A DNA stretch of 64,000 bases from Chitinophaga pinensis (GCA_945885475.1 CAMCYR010000010.1:10536-74535), one strand, 5' to 3'. Shown: positions 30,166-42,904, numbered from the stretch's first letter. Notes: a model not told the origin generated them from the letters alone. Numbers and translations: made by a program.

Positions 30166-32226
30166 TTATTTCATAAAGCGCAACAAAAGTACTTCTACCG
30201 CTAAAAATAGTAGCGCTAAAATAACACAAAGTTTCCACAATTTTTTTCCTTGATCCAACTCTGCCAGAGATATCGAAATATTTTTTAGATCCATTTCTAA
30301 TAGATTGATATTATTGGCATTAAATCGGATTATTTCTTCTTTTAGTTCGCTTTCATTATAGCAAGTCAGATCCGATTCCTGTCTATTGAAATTAAATGAA
30401 ACTCCCTGAATCTGTTGCGTATTCGCAGCTAAAGTATAATTATCTGCTTCTGCTATCTGGTTGTGAACATAAATAGCTGTTTTTGAATCAAGGACTTTGT
30501 GTTCCGGTATAATATCAAATTTACCCGTACTACTTCTTATATGGAATACATTTTCTCCACTGACCATAATTTTAGCTTCAATCACCTCGTCTTTGCCAAT
30601 CGTATAAAAAAGCGGCTGCGACACTTTACTGTACATGGCTATCTTATAAAGTGTGGGTACAAAAATAGCATGTTTAGGGAAATTACTGAACTTGTCAGAA
30701 ACGCCTACTGCTGAAATATAAAGCTTTCCCTTTTCAACATCGTACTTGCTGAGTAAAATATTGCCATTCTGAATTTTCAAGAGATATTCTTCGTTGCTCC
30801 GGATGTTTTTTGAAAGCACAAAATACTCGTTAATTTTTGGTAGATCGAGGTTGGTTACGCTGAAGGATTTCTTGTCAAATACATCTTTATAAATAGGATG
30901 CTCCAGATTGATCTTATCCGCTTTGGTGTTTGCCGTATCAAATCGTTCGTAATAATTTGCTTTTGATGATAGGAAAAAATCGTTGTAGCTTTTTAATTCT
31001 GCTTCTCGGTTCGGAAAAATAATTATACTTCCGCCATTGATCATAAAGCGCTTCAATTCCTGTCCTAATCCGGACGTGATGGATTTTAGCTCGTTTAAAA
31101 TGATGAGATTGTAATTTCCCAGACTTGAATAGTCTAGTTTATTTTCTTGTGCTTTGCTATAAACAAACAATGAATCCGATGAGAACAGCTTGTTGAGATA
31201 TGGACTTTCTGAATTCGGTTCTGCATTATTGATGCAAAGTACCGGAATGTTTTTAGCTACTTCAAAGCTGAAATAAAACCTATCATCGAATGTGACAGGG
31301 TAGTCATTCAGCTCAATTTTACACTGTTGAACACCAACTTCCTTTGATGAAAATGAAAGTACAATCTCCGTTTCTGAGTTTTTATCAATTGAGTAGCTTG
31401 CAGGTGTCTTTTGGCTACCGTTGATGAAAAGCTTGATAGAGTTGTTTTCTATTATCTTGTCAGATACGTTTTTTACTCTTACGTGGAGTTTTTCTATTTG
31501 ATTGTATTGTCTGACTGGACTTTCAAACCAGCAGGTATCAATGTATACATTGCTCTTTTCGGATGCTTTTAGAGCTATGAACTTAAATTGGACGCTGCTG
31601 TCGTTTTTTAACTTGTCGAGGTTCAGTATGCTTTTTTGAAAATCAGATATAATGAAAGAGAGCTTGCTTTTACTCTCTGTTGCTTGTAAAACATCCAACT
31701 GACGGGATGCTATTTCCGAAAAACTTTTTGTAGCCGGACTGATTTTTACTTCATCAATCAATTCAATAAACTCTTCTTTATTGACCAATCGCTGGTGTTT
31801 TCCTTCAAAATCATTTGTTAAAAGCTGAAAACGATCGGTTGCTTTATAAGCTGATGCTATTTCAGCTGCACGTTTTTTTGCTTCATCTAGCAATGTTCCA
31901 TTTTTGCTGATCGCCTCCATGCTAAAGGAGTTGTCAATAAAAACACTTATCGCTTTGTCTCCTAAAACAATGTTTTTATTATTTGAAGGAATGTATGGCT
32001 GGGAGAACGCCAAAACAAGAAAAATAATTGCTAAAATTCTTGCTGCAAGTACCAATAAATGCTTTAATTTCGACTTTGCCTGTGTTTCTTCTTTTACCTC
32101 TTTTAAAAAACGGACATTACTAAAATAAACAGTTTTGAATTTTCTGAAATTGAATAAATGGATGATGATTGGAAGTGCGATTGCTGAAAGTGCAAAAAGA
32201 AATGCAGGGTAGGTAAAGCTCATCAA
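30166..32226 (-). CDS. BatA-domain (aerotolerance-related N-terminal TM domain) membrane protein
   Basis: N-terminus PAFLFALSAIALPIIIHLFNFRK is the hallmark BatA_N. A C-terminal TM anchor is present. Confidence 0.75.
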   Translation of the reverse strand: MMSFTYPAFLFALSAIALPIIIHLFNFRKFKTVYFSNVRFLKEVKEETQAKSKLKHLLVLAARILAIIFLVLAFSQPYIPSNNKNIVLGDKAISVFIDNSFSMEAISKNGTLLDEAKKRAAEIASAYKATDRFQLLTNDFEGKHQRLVNKEEFIELIDEVKISPATKSFSEIASRQLDVLQATESKSKLSFIISDFQKSILNLDKLKNDSSVQFKFIALKASEKSNVYIDTCWFESPVRQYNQIEKLHVRVKNVSDKIIENNSIKLFINGSQKTPASYSIDKNSETEIVLSFSSKEVGVQQCKIELNDYPVTFDDRFYFSFEVAKNIPVLCINNAEPNSESPYLNKLFSSDSLFVYSKAQENKLDYSSLGNYNLIILNELKSITSGLGQELKRFMINGGSIIIFPNREAELKSYNDFFLSSKANYYERFDTANTKADKINLEHPIYKDVFDKKSFSVTNLDLPKINEYFVLSKNIRSNEEYLLKIQNGNILLSKYDVEKGKLYISAVGVSDKFSNFPKHAIFVPTLYKIAMYSKVSQPLFYTIGKDEVIEAKIMVSGENVFHIRSSTGKFDIIPEHKVLDSKTAIYVHNQIAEADNYTLAANTQQIQGVSFNFNRQESDLTCYNESELKEEIIRFNANNINLLEMDLKNISISLAELDQGKKLWKLCVILALLFLAVEVLLLRFMK

Positions 32227-32330
32227 AGGTCAAATTTAATAATTTTTTATTATATATCAGACCTTTTTTTTAAGTACATCTTAATATACATGAAAATTTA
32301 GCTTCAAGCGTATTATAATGGTTAAAGTAT

Positions 32331-33116
32331 TCAGAATTTTTCGAATACACCCAATCCAAAAAGAGCAAAATCATATTTAACAGGATCTTTTGCATCGAAA
32401 GTAGAAAGTGCTGAAGTTAATTCATCCACTGCCTTCCAATCGTTTTGTGTGCGTATTAATAGGCCAAGCTTTCGAGCTACGTTTCCAGAATGAACATCTA
32501 ATGGACACATCAATTGGGACGACTTTAGATTCGTTTTCCATATTCCGAAATCAACACCCCGTATATCATGCCTAACCATCCATCTTAAATACATACACAA
32601 GCGCTTGGCGGATGAATTTTCTGCCGGATTTGATACGTGTTTCAAAGTTCGATGGGGGTATTCAATTGAAAAAAAGATTCTCCTGAAATTCATTATTGCG
32701 CATAGCGTTTGACCTGTCTTTCTTTTTTTATCGGCAAGGGGAATCTGAAATACATTTTCCAAACCTCCATGGTTTAAATAAATATTTCTCAATGATTTTA
32801 AAAAAAACGCAGCATCCACGCCATTAAAAGTTCGGTGTACAAAATGATCGAATCGTTGTAAATCCTTTGCTTTGGCTGTCATTAAGAAATCATAGGGCTG
32901 ATTGCCCATTAATTTCATCATCTTGTTTGCATTGTTAATTATCGTTATGCGTTGTCCCCACGATATTGTAGCGGCCAAAAAACCTGCAATCTCAATGTCT
33001 TCTTTTTGAGAGAATTGATGAGGAATAGAAATTGGATCGCTCTCAATAAAATCGATGCGGTTGTATTTATCATACTTCTCCTCTAGAAATCCTTTTAGAT
33101 CGTTAATCATTTTCAA
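32331..33116 (-). CDS. TIGR02757 (DUF2400) family protein
   Basis: DPISIPHQF...AATISWGQR and later conserved blocks. Confidence 0.75.
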   Translation of the reverse strand: MKMINDLKGFLEEKYDKYNRIDFIESDPISIPHQFSQKEDIEIAGFLAATISWGQRITIINNANKMMKLMGNQPYDFLMTAKAKDLQRFDHFVHRTFNGVDAAFFLKSLRNIYLNHGGLENVFQIPLADKKRKTGQTLCAIMNFRRIFFSIEYPHRTLKHVSNPAENSSAKRLCMYLRWMVRHDIRGVDFGIWKTNLKSSQLMCPLDVHSGNVARKLGLLIRTQNDWKAVDELTSALSTFDAKDPVKYDFALFGLGVFEKF

Positions 33117-33204
33117 TTTTATAAACTACTTAAAACCTATTTTGCGTGTGCTACAATTATGCAAGTATTGCTGTATTAAAAAAGACTCAGAATTACATTT
33201 AAAA

Positions 33205-34455
33205 TTATTCGATCTTTTTTAAGTCCAGTTTCCTCAACTTTGGCGCAATCTTATACGTTCCGGCAACAATAAGAATGGTCATAACACCACCAAATATAAC
33301 AGAGCGGACAAGCCCCAAAGCATTCGCAGCTAATCCGGATTCAAATCCTCCGATCTCGTTGGAGGAACCTATAAATATGCTGTTTACTGCGGAAACTCTT
33401 CCCCGCATTTCATCCGGTGTTGATAGTTGGAGAATCGTGTGCCGAATAACAACACTTACATTATCGAATGCTCCTGATAAAAATAAAAAGAAAAGCGATA
33501 AATAGTAATTTGTTGAAAGCGCAAACAAGATTGTGGCGAAGCCAAACAAGGCAATGTTTAAAAATAAATTTCTTCCAGCATTTTTTGTTATGGGCTTGTA
33601 AGCTAGTATTATTGCGGTAAAAATTGCTCCTACAGCCGGACTCGCTCTTAAAAAGCCGAGTTCCATCGGTCCGACAAACAGTATCTCACCTGCAAAGGCA
33701 GGAAGCATTGCAACCGCTCCACCAAACAAAACGGCAAAAAGGTCCAAGGATAAGGCTCCCAAAATAATTTGATTGCTGAAAACAAATTTAAGTCCTCCCA
33801 CTAAACTTTGCTGCAGAGTTTCCTTTTTCACTTTTTGAGGAATCGGTTTTGATGCGATGAAGATAAATGAAAAGATGGCGACTACTATAAATACAATATT
33901 CACCGTGTAGGCCACTGAAAAGCTTATTGCACAGATGATACCTGCAATAGCAGGACCTACAACTGCTCCCACGTGCCACACACTGCTATTCCATGTGGCG
34001 GAATTCGCATAATGCTCGCGAGGTACGATCTGCGACATAAATGCTGGGAAGGCAGCAGAAATAAATCCTCTTACAATTCCGATAAAACAGAATACAAGGT
34101 AGATCGGAAGTGTTCCGTAGGTATCAATAACAGTAGATGTATCCAGAGAAAAATAGAGCAGGGCAGATGTGGATACAATCAGAAGAGAAACCGAAACCAT
34201 AATGATCAGTTTGCGGCTAACGATATCAGCAATGTGTCCCGAAAAAAAAGAAATGATAATAAAAGGAATTGCTTCCGATAAGCCAATTAATCCAAGAGCG
34301 AGCTTATCGTGCGTGATCTCATATATTTGCCAGCTGACGATCACGCTTTGCATCTGGATAGCTAGTGTCAGAAAGAATCTTGTGTTTAAGAAAAACAAAA
34401 ATTCTTTTATCCGTAAAGCTGCAAATGGGTCGTGTTTTGAAATGGCTGGCTGCAT
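33205..34455 (-). CDS. MFS transporter
   Basis: 12 TM helices and MFS motif SGHIADIVSRKL. Confidence 0.85.
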   Translation of the reverse strand: MQPAISKHDPFAALRIKEFLFFLNTRFFLTLAIQMQSVIVSWQIYEITHDKLALGLIGLSEAIPFIIISFFSGHIADIVSRKLIIMVSVSLLIVSTSALLYFSLDTSTVIDTYGTLPIYLVFCFIGIVRGFISAAFPAFMSQIVPREHYANSATWNSSVWHVGAVVGPAIAGIICAISFSVAYTVNIVFIVVAIFSFIFIASKPIPQKVKKETLQQSLVGGLKFVFSNQIILGALSLDLFAVLFGGAVAMLPAFAGEILFVGPMELGFLRASPAVGAIFTAIILAYKPITKNAGRNLFLNIALFGFATILFALSTNYYLSLFFLFLSGAFDNVSVVIRHTILQLSTPDEMRGRVSAVNSIFIGSSNEIGGFESGLAANALGLVRSVIFGGVMTILIVAGTYKIAPKLRKLDLKKIE

Positions 34456-34522
34456 AGTTGTTTGTTTCGCAAATTTATAGTTAAATTCGCATCTATATTA
34501 TTTAATCATTCAAAAATTAATT

Positions 34523-34987
34523 ATGAAAAAATTTGTCTTCTTACTTTCTGTCATAATTGCATCAGCTTCTGCTAGTGCTCAGAAAATTACTAAGGAAAAC
34601 CTTCCTCCATCTGTAGCTGCTGCGTTTAAAGCAAAGTTTTCAATTGCAGAAAAAACAACATGGGAGATGGATTACGATAAATATGAAGCGGAATTTACAG
34701 TAGGGAAGGGCGAATTTTCTGCAACATTCGATAAAGAAGGTAAATGGCTGGAGACCGAGACCTATTTAAAACCTTCTGATCTTCCGAAAGCTATTAAGGA
34801 AAAGCTAAGTAAAAAATATGGTGAGTTGAGCGGCTACAAGATTGAAGAAGCTGTAAAAGCGGAAACAGAAAAGGAAACTACATACGAGGTGGACATTAAA
34901 AGAGGTGAGATCTTCTATGAATTAACGTTTGATGAAAAAGGACAATTGTTAAGAGAAGAAAAGAAGTCGGATACTAAGAAGGATTAA
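34523..34987 (+). CDS. PepSY-like (putative beta-lactamase-inhibitor-like) domain protein
   Basis: Signal peptide and duplicated PepSY-like modules (KITKENLPPSVAAAFKAKF... / LPKAIKEKLSKKYG...). Confidence 0.7.
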   Translation: MKKFVFLLSVIIASASASAQKITKENLPPSVAAAFKAKFSIAEKTTWEMDYDKYEAEFTVGKGEFSATFDKEGKWLETETYLKPSDLPKAIKEKLSKKYGELSGYKIEEAVKAETEKETTYEVDIKRGEIFYELTFDEKGQLLREEKKSDTKKD

Positions 34988-35010
34988 GAGTTTATTTATA
35001 TGTTCACAAT

Positions 35011-35038
35011 AAAGCCCTGAGTAATTCAGGGTTTTTTT
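35011..35038. terminator. Bidirectional intrinsic terminator between convergent genes
   Basis: ccctga-gtaat-tcaggg stem followed by T7. Confidence 0.7.
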
Positions 35039-35044
35039 GTGAGC

Positions 35045-35638
35045 TCATTTTTTTGCTCCTTTTTTGGCAGCCTTCGGACTCGAGCTGTTGTATTTTTTTA
35101 AATAAAGAAATTGTTTATTGATGAATTCTCCATAATTATCCCTGTCTGTCTGATATTCTTTCAATATTTCCTTGTCATCGGCAATGTGTTTCTCGAAAGG
35201 AGCCACCGTTAAAGGATCCAGATTTTTTATAAAATAGAAATTAATTTTACCATCGTCCGCTTTGTTGAACCAATATTTTCCTTCTGCATCTATTGTGAAA
35301 GAAGCTTTCGGACTGATTAGCAGATCGATGTGGCCGGTAATTACAATTTTGGCGAAGAACCCATCCATCTGAATGTAATCGCAACTGTCGATATAGCGGA
35401 AGCCCCAATATTTTTCTTTCAGGCAATTGGTCTTGTGTTCCACATTTTTTTTGTCTAAGTAATTTATTACTCCAACATTATAGTTTTCACTTATCTGCAT
35501 TTTCTCTACGATCGTGATCTTTTTTTTCAGATAATCTTCCTTTGTAAGGTAGAAACCGAACTGAGCTTTGCTGCTTGTTGAAACGATTATTAAAGAGAAG
35601 AATAGAAGCAGGGTAGATGAATACGGAATGTTTTTCAT
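35045..35638 (-). CDS. Hypothetical secreted protein
   Basis: Signal peptide, Lys-rich C-terminus, no recognised domain. Confidence 0.5.
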   Translation of the reverse strand: MKNIPYSSTLLLFFSLIIVSTSSKAQFGFYLTKEDYLKKKITIVEKMQISENYNVGVINYLDKKNVEHKTNCLKEKYWGFRYIDSCDYIQMDGFFAKIVITGHIDLLISPKASFTIDAEGKYWFNKADDGKINFYFIKNLDPLTVAPFEKHIADDKEILKEYQTDRDNYGEFINKQFLYLKKYNSSSPKAAKKGAKK

Positions 35639-35743
35639 AAAGAATGAAGTATAGTTTTTTTGATGCTTTCAAAAATGAGCAAAAAAATAGACTGTTTTAG
35701 CAGAACTTTTTAAGTGGCGGAAATAATTACTTGAATGGTTTAA

Positions 35744-35781
35744 TAAAAAAAGATCCGGTAAATTATCTACCGGATCTTTTT
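35744..35781 (-). terminator. Intrinsic terminator of clpC
   Basis: gatccggta-aattatc-taccggatc 9-bp stem flanked by an A7 run and a T5 run. Confidence 0.8.
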
Positions 35782-35785
35782 GTCT

Positions 35786-38320
35786 TTATTCTTCTTTCTT
35801 TGTCTTCTTAGTTTTACTTTCCTTTGGTTTCGTGATCTTAATTTTGATCTCTTGTTTGTCTTTGTCAAAATCAACATCAATGATATCACCTTCGCTTAAG
35901 TTCGATTTGATGATCTCTTCCGCCAAAGGATCTTCAAGATACTTTTGGATCGCTCGTTTTAAGGGACGTGCACCAAACTGAACATCGTATCCTTTATCTG
36001 AGATATAATCTTTCGCTTCTTCAGAAACCTTGATACTATATCCCAATCCGTTGATGCGGCCGTATAAACTGTTCAATTCAATATCAATAATCTTGTGAAT
36101 ATCATCTCTTGTAAGAGAGTTGAAAATAACCACATCATCAATACGATTTAAGAATTCAGGGGCAAATGCTTTTTTCAAAGCACCTTCAATAATACCTTTT
36201 GAATTTTCATCTTCAACTTCTTTCTTAGCGGAAGTTGTAAATCCGACACCTTGTCCGAAATCCTTCAACTGACGTGCACCGATGTTTGACGTCATGATGA
36301 TGATCGTGTTTTTGAAATCGATCTTACGACCCAAACTATCCGTCATCATTCCATCATCCAAGGCTTGTAATAACAAATTGAATACATCAGGATGTGCTTT
36401 TTCGATCTCGTCTAACAATACAACAGCATACGGTCGTCTGCGAACTTTCTCTGTTAATTGTCCACCTTCTTCATAGCCAACATATCCCGGAGGAGCTCCG
36501 ACTAAGCGGGATACAGCAAATTTCTCCATGTATTCACTCATGTCGATACGAATCAATGCATCGTCATTGTCAAATAAATATTTTGATAAGATCTTCGCCA
36601 ATTGCGTTTTACCAACACCTGTCGGACCAAGGAAAATGAATGAGCCGATTGGTTTATTCGGGTCCTTTAATCCAGCACGGTTACGCTGAATCGCTTTTAC
36701 GACTTTCTTCACCGCTTCATCTTGTCCGATAACTTTGCCTTGTAGCAGGTCGGCCATTTTGATCAGCTTTTCACCTTCATTTTGAGCAATACGCTGAACA
36801 GGAACACCAGTCATCATTGCAACCACCTCAGCAACATTGTCTTCGCTCACCATTTCACGGTGCGTTTTACTTTCCTCTTCCCAAGTTTTTTTCGCAGCAT
36901 CCAATTGCTCTAAGAGGGTACGCTCCGTATCGCGCAAACGAGCCGCTTCTTCATATTTTTGTGAACGGACAACCTTGTTCTTTTCTTCTTTGATATCTTC
37001 CAGTTTTTTCTCGATCTCTACAATGTTCTTAGGAACATTGATGTTAGTAATGTGAACGCGGGAACCAGATTCATCCAGCGCATCAATCGCTTTATCGGGT
37101 AAATGACGATCGGTGATATAGCGTGCAGTTAAAGTCACACAGGCTTTGATCGCTTCATCCGTATAGGTAACGTTGTGATGATCTTCGTATTTCGATTTGA
37201 TATTGTTAAGGATCTGAATCGTTTCTTCCGGGGTAGCAGGTTCAACAATCACCTTTTGGAATCGTCTTTCCAATGCACCATCTTTTTCAATGTATTGACG
37301 GTATTCATCTAAGGTGGTAGCACCAATACATTGGATTTCACCACGAGCCAAAGCTGGTTTAAACATATTGGAAGCATCCAGCGAACCCGAAGCGCCACCT
37401 GCACCGATAATCGTATGAATCTCATCAATGAAGAGAATTACATCCGGCGATTTCTCAAGTTCGTTCATCACAGCTTTCATACGCTCTTCAAATTGACCTC
37501 TGTATTTTGTTCCTGCAACCAAAGAAGCAAGGTCTAAGGTTACAACGCGTTTGCCAAACAATACACGGGAAACTTTACGTTGAACAATGCGTAAAGCCAA
37601 ACCTTCAGCAATAGCAGATTTACCAACACCAGGTTCGCCGATAAGGATTGGATTATTTTTCTTTCTGCGGGATAAGATCTGAGAAACGCGTTCAATTTCT
37701 TTATCGCGCCCAACGATTGGATCTAGTTTCCCTTCTTCAGCAGCCTTTGTTAAATCGCGACCAAAATTATCCAACACTGGAGTTTTTGATTTACTGTCAA
37801 TAGGCTTTTTAGCGCTGCTTGCACTAAACTGATCCTCATCCGCATCATCATCGGATGGTGTGCCCGGAAATTCTGCTTTCGGATCGGATTTAGATAATTC
37901 TAATTCACTTTTCATAATTTCATAATCAACTTTAAATTTATTTAATGATTTTGTCGCAACATTATCTTCATCCTTTAATATAGAGAGGATTAAGTGCTCT
38001 GTTCCGATAACGGCACTTTTAAAGAGTTTTGCTTCCAGATATGTTATTTTCAATGCTCTTTCAGCTTGTTTTATCAATGGAATATTTGCAAGGTTGCTTA
38101 CCTTGTGATTGCCGGCTCCAATAGCTTGCTCAACTGTTTTACGCAATTCCTGCAGATCAACGTTAAGTGATTTTAATAAACGAACAGCTGTTCCTTCACC
38201 TTCACGAATAATACCTAATAATAAATGTTCTGTTCCAATATAATCGTGCCCTAAACGCAGCGCTTCCTCTCGGCTGTATGTGATCACATCCTTTACTCTT
38301 GGTGAAAATTTAGCTTCCAT
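35786..38320 (-). CDS. clpC: ATP-dependent Clp protease ATP-binding subunit ClpC (Clp/Hsp100)
   Basis: Two Clp_N repeats, a UVR-like coiled-coil region, two AAA+ modules ([18 protein letters not shown]) and a C-terminal ClpB_D2-small domain. Confidence 0.95.
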   Translation of the reverse strand: MEAKFSPRVKDVITYSREEALRLGHDYIGTEHLLLGIIREGEGTAVRLLKSLNVDLQELRKTVEQAIGAGNHKVSNLANIPLIKQAERALKITYLEAKLFKSAVIGTEHLILSILKDEDNVATKSLNKFKVDYEIMKSELELSKSDPKAEFPGTPSDDDADEDQFSASSAKKPIDSKSKTPVLDNFGRDLTKAAEEGKLDPIVGRDKEIERVSQILSRRKKNNPILIGEPGVGKSAIAEGLALRIVQRKVSRVLFGKRVVTLDLASLVAGTKYRGQFEERMKAVMNELEKSPDVILFIDEIHTIIGAGGASGSLDASNMFKPALARGEIQCIGATTLDEYRQYIEKDGALERRFQKVIVEPATPEETIQILNNIKSKYEDHHNVTYTDEAIKACVTLTARYITDRHLPDKAIDALDESGSRVHITNINVPKNIVEIEKKLEDIKEEKNKVVRSQKYEEAARLRDTERTLLEQLDAAKKTWEEESKTHREMVSEDNVAEVVAMMTGVPVQRIAQNEGEKLIKMADLLQGKVIGQDEAVKKVVKAIQRNRAGLKDPNKPIGSFIFLGPTGVGKTQLAKILSKYLFDNDDALIRIDMSEYMEKFAVSRLVGAPPGYVGYEEGGQLTEKVRRRPYAVVLLDEIEKAHPDVFNLLLQALDDGMMTDSLGRKIDFKNTIIIMTSNIGARQLKDFGQGVGFTTSAKKEVEDENSKGIIEGALKKAFAPEFLNRIDDVVIFNSLTRDDIHKIIDIELNSLYGRINGLGYSIKVSEEAKDYISDKGYDVQFGARPLKRAIQKYLEDPLAEEIIKSNLSEGDIIDVDFDKDKQEIKIKITKPKESKTKKTKKEE

Positions 38321-38646
38321 AATGCATTAATTTAATTGTTTACTTAAACGATACTGTTTCTCAAGAGTTACTCTTTTCCACCAAATATTATAGTTTCAAG
38401 TGTATAATCAAAAGTAATTACTCCATTTAAAGTTGACTTCACACTTACTTTAATTTTATTAACAAAAAAACTGTTAATATGTTAATAATTTAACGATCAA
38501 AATCCGTTTTATCTTCTGTATAATAAGTATTTTCGAACCTCTTAAAAACACAAGTGAAATATCAAGTATTGTGCTAAAAATAAAGCATGACAATACTTCA
38601 TAAAAAACAGCAGAAATAAGTAATAAAAAAATAGAAAAACGAAATT

Positions 38647-41220
38647 ATGGCAGACGGAGAAAAAATTATTCAGATCAACATTGAAGAAGAAATGAAATCG
38701 GCTTACATCGATTATTCGATGTCTGTTATCGTTTCACGTGCATTACCTGATGTGCGCGATGGTTTAAAACCGGTTCACAGACGTGTTCTATATGGTATGC
38801 TTGATTTGGGTGTTATGTCTAATAAGCCACATAAAAAGTCTGCCCGTATCGTTGGGGAGGTGTTGGGTAAGTATCACCCACACGGCGATACGTCCGTATA
38901 TGACGCGATGGTTCGTATGGCTCAGGATTGGAGTTTGCGTTACCCTTTGGTAGACGGACAAGGTAACTATGGTTCTGTTGATGGTGATAGTCCGGCCGCA
39001 ATGCGTTATACCGAAGCTCGTCTGAAAAAGATCGCTGAAGAAATGCTTGCTGACATAGAAAAAGATACTGTTGACTTTCGTCCAAATTTCGATGATTCAT
39101 TGGAGGAGCCAACGGTTTTGCCAACCAAAATCCCAAATTTATTGATCAACGGGGCTTCTGGAATTGCGGTAGGTATGGCAACAAATATGCCTCCTCACAA
39201 TTTAACGGAGATTATAAATGCAACTGTTGCGTATATTGATAACAGAGAAATTGATATTGCAGGAATCATGCAATATGTAAAAGCTCCCGATTTTCCTACA
39301 GGTGGAATTATCTATGGTTACGAAGGGGTAAAGGATGCTTTTGAGACCGGTAGAGGTCGCATCGTGATGCGTGCCAAAACAAATGTGGAAATTACGGATG
39401 CAGGAAGAGAGCGCATTATTGTGAATGAAATCCCATACCAGGTGAACAAAGCGGAGATGATCCGTAAAACAGCTGACCTGATCAACGATAAAAAGATAGA
39501 AGGTATCTCTGATATCCGTGATGAGTCGGATAGAGATGGAATGCGCATCGTTTATGAAATTAAGCGCGATGCGATCACCAATGTGGTTTTGAACAACCTC
39601 TTCAAATATACAGAGCTTCAAACTTCTTTTAGTGTTAACAATATCGCTTTGGTGGGTGGCCGCCCGATGATGCTGAACATCAAAGATATGATCGTTCATT
39701 TTGTAGCTCACCGTCATGAAGTGATCGTTCGCAGAACAAAATATGAGTTGATGCAAGCCGAAAAGCGTGCGCACATTCTTCAGGGATACCTGATCGCTTT
39801 AGATCATTTAGATGAAGTTATTAAATTGATCCGTGCTGCTGCAACTCCTCAGGAAGCGCAGGATGGTTTGATGAGTGGGTTTGGTTTAAGCGAAATTCAA
39901 GCTAAAGCAATACTTGAAATGCGATTACGTGTACTTACTGGTTTAGAGAGAGATAAGATAAAAGAAGAGTTCAATGCCTTGATGGAATTGATCAAGCATT
40001 TAAGAGAAGTGTTAGATGATGAAACATTAAGAATGGGCATCATCAAAGGGGAGTTGATTGAGATGAAAGACAAGTACGGTGATGAGCGCAAAACAGAGGT
40101 AGTTTATGCTTCCGGAGATTTCAGAATGGAAGATATGATTGCTGATGAAGATGTGGTGATCACGATTTCTCATATGGGATACATTAAACGTACCGCTTTA
40201 AGTGAATACCGTACGCAAGCTCGTGGCGGAAAAGGTGCGAAAGGAAGTACCACCCGCGATGAAGATTTTATTGAACATTTATTCATTGCTTCCACCCATA
40301 ATTATCTTTTGCTGTTCACCGAACAAGGAAGATGTTTCTGGATGCGTGCATTTGAAGTTCCAGAAGGAACAAGAATATCCAAAGGACGTGCGATCCAAAA
40401 TATGATTAATATCCCGAGTGACGATAAGGTGAAAGCATATATCAACGTGAAAGACCTTACGGATGCTGATTACATCGCGAACAACTTTATTATCATGTGT
40501 ACGAAGAATGGTATCATCAAGAAAACAACTCTGGAAGCCTATTCCCGTCCACGTCAGAATGGTATCAATGCAATTACAGTAAGAGAAGGTGATACATTAT
40601 TGGAAGTATTGCTTACAAATGGTACCAATGAGATCATGTTGGCTTCAAAAGCCGGGAAAGTGGTTCGATTCAACGAGGCGAATGTTCGTCCAATGGGTCG
40701 AAATGCATCCGGAGTAAGAGGTATCAATCTGGGCGATGAAAAAGGAAATGCAGTGGTTGGTATGATCGCCATGCCGGATCAGTCAAGTAATGTAATGGTG
40801 GTTTCTGAAAAAGGATACGGAAAACGTTCTGAAATTGAGGAATACCGTGTTACAAAACGTGGTGGGAAAGGTGTTAAAACCATTAATATTACTGAAAAAA
40901 CAGGTAATCTGATCGCTATTAAAGATGTAACTGATAAAGATGGCTTGATGATCATCAATAAATCTGGAATCATTATCCGCCTTGCTATCTCCGAATTACG
41001 CGTTATTGGCCGTGCTACTCAGGGTGTTCGCTTGATCAACATGAAAGAAACGGACGAGATTGCCGCGGTAAGTAAAGTAGAAGTAGAGGAAGTAATTGAA
41101 ACGGATGAGACCCTTTCTTCAGAAAATCCAATTGTAGAAAATGGAAATGATGCTCCTGATGCGTCTTTAGGTAATACTGAAAATGATGGCAAGGAACTTG
41201 ATAGTCCTGAAACCGAATAA
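38647..41220 (+). CDS. gyrA: DNA gyrase subunit A
   Basis: [24 protein letters not shown] and the active-site Tyr region (AAMRYTE). C-terminal beta-pinwheel repeats with an acidic tail. Confidence 0.97.
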   Translation: MADGEKIIQINIEEEMKSAYIDYSMSVIVSRALPDVRDGLKPVHRRVLYGMLDLGVMSNKPHKKSARIVGEVLGKYHPHGDTSVYDAMVRMAQDWSLRYPLVDGQGNYGSVDGDSPAAMRYTEARLKKIAEEMLADIEKDTVDFRPNFDDSLEEPTVLPTKIPNLLINGASGIAVGMATNMPPHNLTEIINATVAYIDNREIDIAGIMQYVKAPDFPTGGIIYGYEGVKDAFETGRGRIVMRAKTNVEITDAGRERIIVNEIPYQVNKAEMIRKTADLINDKKIEGISDIRDESDRDGMRIVYEIKRDAITNVVLNNLFKYTELQTSFSVNNIALVGGRPMMLNIKDMIVHFVAHRHEVIVRRTKYELMQAEKRAHILQGYLIALDHLDEVIKLIRAAATPQEAQDGLMSGFGLSEIQAKAILEMRLRVLTGLERDKIKEEFNALMELIKHLREVLDDETLRMGIIKGELIEMKDKYGDERKTEVVYASGDFRMEDMIADEDVVITISHMGYIKRTALSEYRTQARGGKGAKGSTTRDEDFIEHLFIASTHNYLLLFTEQGRCFWMRAFEVPEGTRISKGRAIQNMINIPSDDKVKAYINVKDLTDADYIANNFIIMCTKNGIIKKTTLEAYSRPRQNGINAITVREGDTLLEVLLTNGTNEIMLASKAGKVVRFNEANVRPMGRNASGVRGINLGDEKGNAVVGMIAMPDQSSNVMVVSEKGYGKRSEIEEYRVTKRGGKGVKTINITEKTGNLIAIKDVTDKDGLMIINKSGIIIRLAISELRVIGRATQGVRLINMKETDEIAAVSKVEVEEVIETDETLSSENPIVENGNDAPDASLGNTENDGKELDSPETE

Positions 41221-41345
41221 ACCCCAGCCCTTAATCCCCTCTGCAAAGTGGAGAGGGGGCGATAGGTGAGAAGCCAATAAAAAAATAAAATATTTATGAA
41301 ATGCCTGGTGTTCATGAATACATAAAAAATTAAAAAAAAGAAATT

Positions 41346-42608
41346 ATGAGTAAAAAAACAGTCATCTTTTTTATTGCAACAGCCTTTGCTATTAATGGTT
41401 TTGCGCAAAATGTTAAAATTGTAAACGCGAAAAATTATTTGCGTGATTTTGCTGAATCAAAGGACATCGAATCTTTGAACAAAGCTAAAGAGAATATAGA
41501 CTTGGCGGCAGCTCATCCCGATACAAAGGAACTGGCTAAAACGCAGACATTGAAGGCTCAGGTTTACATGACTATCTTTGAAAACAGCCTGCGTTTGGAA
41601 ACTGAAAAGATAATGACCGTAATCACTGATCCGAACAAGCGTAACCTTGCAGCTTACCAAGCAGCTTCTTCTGCTCCTTTAGCTGAAGCTTATGCCGGAT
41701 GCCTTGCTTCAAAAACTTTTGATGCCAAAGGGAATTATACTTCTGAAGTCAATGATTATATTGCCAAAATAGCATCTCATTATGAGAATAAAGCAATTGC
41801 GGATTACAATGCAAAAAAATACGCGGATGCGCTTCCTTCTTTTGAAAAGGCTTACGAGATCAATGGTGCGAAAGACACAACCACTCTTGGGAATTGTGCT
41901 TTAGTGGCTGACAGAGCAGCAATCTTCGATAAAGCAAAGCTGTACTACCAAAAGATGATTGACAACAAGCAAGGTCTTGGAAATACTTATTCTTCATTGG
42001 TTAACGTTTGCCTGATGATGAAAGACAGTGTTGGTGCAATGGAGATCTTGAAAAAAGGCAGAACAGCTTATCCGAGCGATATCAATCTGGTGATAACAGA
42101 AACAAACTATTTCCTGAAAACAAACAATAGTAAGGAGGCGTTAAACAATCTGAACATTGCTATTGGAGCTAAACCAACGGATGCGAATTTGTATTTGGTG
42201 AGAGGGAATATCTATGATAACCTTGCTAATCCGAAAGATGCAAGCAATAAGGATATGGACAAACCAAAGGAGTATGATAACCTAATGAAATCTGCTGAAA
42301 CAGATTATAAAAAGGCAATTGAACTAAAACCTGATTATTTTGATGCTTTGTATAATCTAGGTGTATTGTATAATAATCATGGAGTTGTTTTGAATAAGAT
42401 TGCTGATCAGATAACTGATAATGCAAAATATAAAACTGCAAACGATTTGGCTTTGGCTAAATTTACGAATGCTTTGCCGGTTTTAGAAAAAGCATTGGAG
42501 CTCAACCCGAAAGACAAAAATACAATGTTTGCTTTAAAGCAAATTTATGCACGTACACAACAACCCGATAAAGTGAAAGAAATAAATGAGAGATTGAAGA
42601 ATAACTAA
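41346..42608 (+). CDS. Tetratricopeptide-repeat protein (secreted)
   Basis: Signal peptide and multiple TPR motifs. A TPR protein downstream of gyrA is common in Bacteroidota. Confidence 0.75.
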   Translation: MSKKTVIFFIATAFAINGFAQNVKIVNAKNYLRDFAESKDIESLNKAKENIDLAAAHPDTKELAKTQTLKAQVYMTIFENSLRLETEKIMTVITDPNKRNLAAYQAASSAPLAEAYAGCLASKTFDAKGNYTSEVNDYIAKIASHYENKAIADYNAKKYADALPSFEKAYEINGAKDTTTLGNCALVADRAAIFDKAKLYYQKMIDNKQGLGNTYSSLVNVCLMMKDSVGAMEILKKGRTAYPSDINLVITETNYFLKTNNSKEALNNLNIAIGAKPTDANLYLVRGNIYDNLANPKDASNKDMDKPKEYDNLMKSAETDYKKAIELKPDYFDALYNLGVLYNNHGVVLNKIADQITDNAKYKTANDLALAKFTNALPVLEKALELNPKDKNTMFALKQIYARTQQPDKVKEINERLKNN

Positions 42609-42636
42609 GGCTTCCACCTAGTTAGGATTCATAAAG

Positions 42637-42668
42637 CGGAGAGGTCGAAAGATCTTTCCGTTTTTTTT
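42637..42668 (+). terminator. Intrinsic terminator after the TPR gene
   Basis: cggagag-(10-nt loop)-ctttccg stem with one G.U pair, followed by T8. Confidence 0.6.
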
Positions 42669-42904
42669 GTATTTTAAGAGAAGCTTGTAGTTTGTTTTGG
42701 AAGGTTGTTTTTATATTGTATTTTCTTGTGAAATGGAGGATAGAAAGATTGGGTTTTTAGTGCAGTCCTTTACAGATAGTTCTTTTAGCTACTTAACATA
42801 ATATTAATTATAGGACAAATGGTTATCAGGGAAAATGCTACTTACTGAGAATTATATAGAAAATGTTCTTACAAAATGCTCTTGAGCAATACCATTAAAA
42901 GCGA

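Noticed and set aside
39202-39774. 190-aa antisense ORF within gyrA
   Set aside because: It lies inside highly conserved gyrA coding sequence on the opposite strand. No support.
41236-41262. GC-rich hairpin (cccctct-gcaaagtgg-agagggg) after gyrA as a terminator
   Set aside because: No adjacent T-run. It may be an attenuator or stability element, but not a confident intrinsic terminator.
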